This document shows, in pieces, positions 8,736 through 10,029 of a DNA stretch of 10,029 bases. The DNA is from an uncultured bacterium (GTDB lineage Bacteria; CSSED10-310; CAZUFC01), in assembly GCA_964619725.1 (NCBI GenBank), contig CAZUFC010000211.1, forward strand, positions 1 through 10,029, in the 5' to 3' direction. The position numbers and the translations under genes were made by a program. Each line of letters starts with the position of its first letter. The first letter of the stretch is position 1. The notes beneath the pieces are model-generated. The model made no database searches. It was given only the letters and a program-made list of their open reading frames with translations, and was not told where the DNA came from.

Positions 8736-8975
8736 CTAATCACCATATACCGTCGACATATTTGTAGTTTCGTTCACTCTTTTTCAAGAGTCGACGTCGC
8801 CAATAACCATGGCTGCCAGGATACTCGCTCGGATAACGACAATGGATATCATTTCAACGTTCCAGACCCTTTAGCCGCGAAAAGTAGGAAGACGAAAAAA
8901 ATCCTCCCCAATGACCATCAAATTGAGACATAATAATTACTGGAGGTACTGGTTGCTTAACGCGGAGAAAAGACG

Positions 8976-9167
8976 ATGCTAAAGAAGACACAGGTCGAAA
9001 AGCTATTGACGGCGGTTGAAAGCGCCGTTGATGAATTAAAACGCCGGCTAACCAGACTTTGCCCGTCCGATAATTGGATTGAGCAAATCACTGGTTAATT
9101 TAAAAATGAGACTAACTTTGAAGAAGCGCTTGAATACGGACGTGCATTACACACGGCAGACCGCCCA
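8976..9167 (+). pseudogene. small antitoxin-like gene interrupted by an in-frame TAA
   Basis: GGAG SD (8964-8967), ATG 8976: MLKKTQVEKLLTAVESAVDELKRRLTRLCPSDNWIEQITG*FKNETNFEEALEYGRALHTADRP. From memory this resembles the small coiled-coil proteins with W...I.GS...E..F.EAL.YGR..R.ADRP found upstream of PIN/VapC toxin genes. TAA 9096-9098 sits where Ser (TCA) is expected. Confidence 0.6.
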
Positions 9168-9268
9168 TCCCCAGTGCATCAGCGCTTCGTGCAAAAATCC
9201 CTTCATTTTAAAACGATTGAAACTTCGATAAAATTTCAGATAACGAATTTTTGAATATCTCAGATAAA

Positions 9269-9553
9269 TCATACATGAGGCCCCCCGATTATGACGGGTT
9301 TGCCGGCCTGACTGGCAGTTCTTGCAGCAGACATTGCGAAATTATAATTTTTTGATGCCGACGAAATGCCCACAATATGCGGCTCGAATTCTTCGACAGC
9401 CTGTCTTAAACCTTCTTCCACGAATTTAAACCGAACATCCAAGCCGGGAAGGAATTTTCTTACCGCACTGACCAAATATCCGAATCCCAGGGGGCGAAAT
9501 GTCCTCTCGCTCGACTGCTCCGGATTAATCGCGTTATAAAGGATTATCCTCAA
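9269..9553 (-). pseudogene. truncated cobalamin (B12)-binding domain radical SAM gene, N-terminal fragment only
   Basis: RIILYNAINP...PLGFGYLVS...PHIVGISS...PVIIGGPHV* is the typical N-terminus of B12-binding radical SAM proteins. It stops right after GGPH, with no GEGE or CxxxCxxC motif. AGGAG lies 7 nt before TTG 9553 but only 1 nt before ATG 9559. Confidence 0.8.
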
Positions 9554-9772
9554 TTGCATTCTCCTGATCGTTAAATCAAACTTAACGCAAGAAACTTAAC
9601 TCAGACCTAACAGGTCTTATTAATGATCGTGATTAACTTTCATCCAGTTCCCATACAAGCCTAAACATCAGGAACGTCGGTTTTTATACTCACATAAAAT
9701 CGCAGGTGAGTCAAACATAGCGCGTTATCCCCTTTCTGACGACCTATAGCAACGTGAACCCGTTACTATGAG

Positions 9773-9961
9773 TGATCGGAATTTGTGGTTGTTTTCTGAA
9801 ATTTCATTATCGAATTTTGGTTCTATTACTCTGCTCAGCACTGCATGTACGCCCCTTTCCCTTACGGTCGGTATGCATGGTGGTTTACTTTCTTTTCTCT
9901 TTTCTGCTTTATCCTTCCATTTTCGTCATATCCAGATGCGCGTGTATGTTCCTTCCTTCTA
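9773..9961 (-). mobile_element. degenerate group II intron-type reverse transcriptase fragment (RT0-RT2 region)
   Basis: Minus-strand frame from 9961: *KEGTYTRIWI*RKWKDKAEKRKESKPPCIPTVRERGVHAVLSRVIEPKFDNEISENNHKFRS, colinear with the consensus L..GTY.P..IRR..I.K.G..EKRPLGIPTVRDRVVQ.AL..VIEPIF...FS..SYGFRP; stops at 9961-9959 and 9928-9926. Confidence 0.8.
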
Positions 9962-10029
9962 TCGAAATCCTAAATTCACATCTCCTGACATTGACTGATA
10001 AAAAATTGTGAAATGTTTGACGAAAAAAA

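Noticed and set aside
8724-8933. ORF 8724..8933 (+) and a minus frame ending ...KKSERNYKYVDGIW* just before the hairpin
   Set aside because: The + ORF starts inside the hairpin with no SD; the minus frame has an internal stop and no family I can recognise. Left unassigned.
9603-9617. Palindrome AGACCT-AAC-AGGTCT resembling REP-like repeats
   Set aside because: Single short copy, no RAYT/transposase gene in the window, and it may belong to the RT relic.
9688-9711. Inverted repeat ACTCAC...GTGAGT with minus-strand TTGACT/TATAAA boxes
   Set aside because: Only 6-bp arms, and the box spacing is 20 nt, too long for a sigma70 promoter.
9768-10011. Plus-strand ORFs 9768..9998 and 9772..10011
   Set aside because: Better explained as antisense to the degenerate RT fragment; the hydrophobic look comes from T-rich complement of A-rich codons.
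1-10029. CRISPR array, tRNA/rRNA, retron or diversity-generating retroelement linked to the RT fragment
   Set aside because: No regularly spaced direct repeats or RNA gene signatures seen; the duplicated adhesin units differ at all base types rather than only at adenines, so they are not a TR/VR pair; the RT motifs are group II-like.

Overview
The window is dominated by one giant (~2,500 aa) secreted, membrane-anchored modular surface protein on the + strand (probable start TTG 1168, stop 8676), preceded by a near-consensus sigma70 promoter (TTGACT-17-TATAAT). Its order is: signal peptide, Thr/Pro linker, FG-GAP/VCBS beta-propeller, about 11 PKD-type Ig-like domains, a squalene-cyclase/prenyltransferase-like alpha/alpha barrel between PKD7 and PKD8, a Pro/Thr stalk and an IPTL-CTERM-like anchor. 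Four PKD domains are split by whole lectin-like or discoidin-like domains inserted inside them. Divergently transcribed is a ~253 aa protein with a caspase/CHAT-like His-Cys dyad (YIGHG ... ILHAC). After a long hairpin, the last 1.3 kb holds decayed genes: a nonsense-interrupted antitoxin-like small gene, a B12-binding radical SAM gene truncated at GGPH, and a degenerate group II intron-type reverse transcriptase fragment; the first and last of these are absent from the ORF track. All family calls are by motif recognition only; no searches were run.
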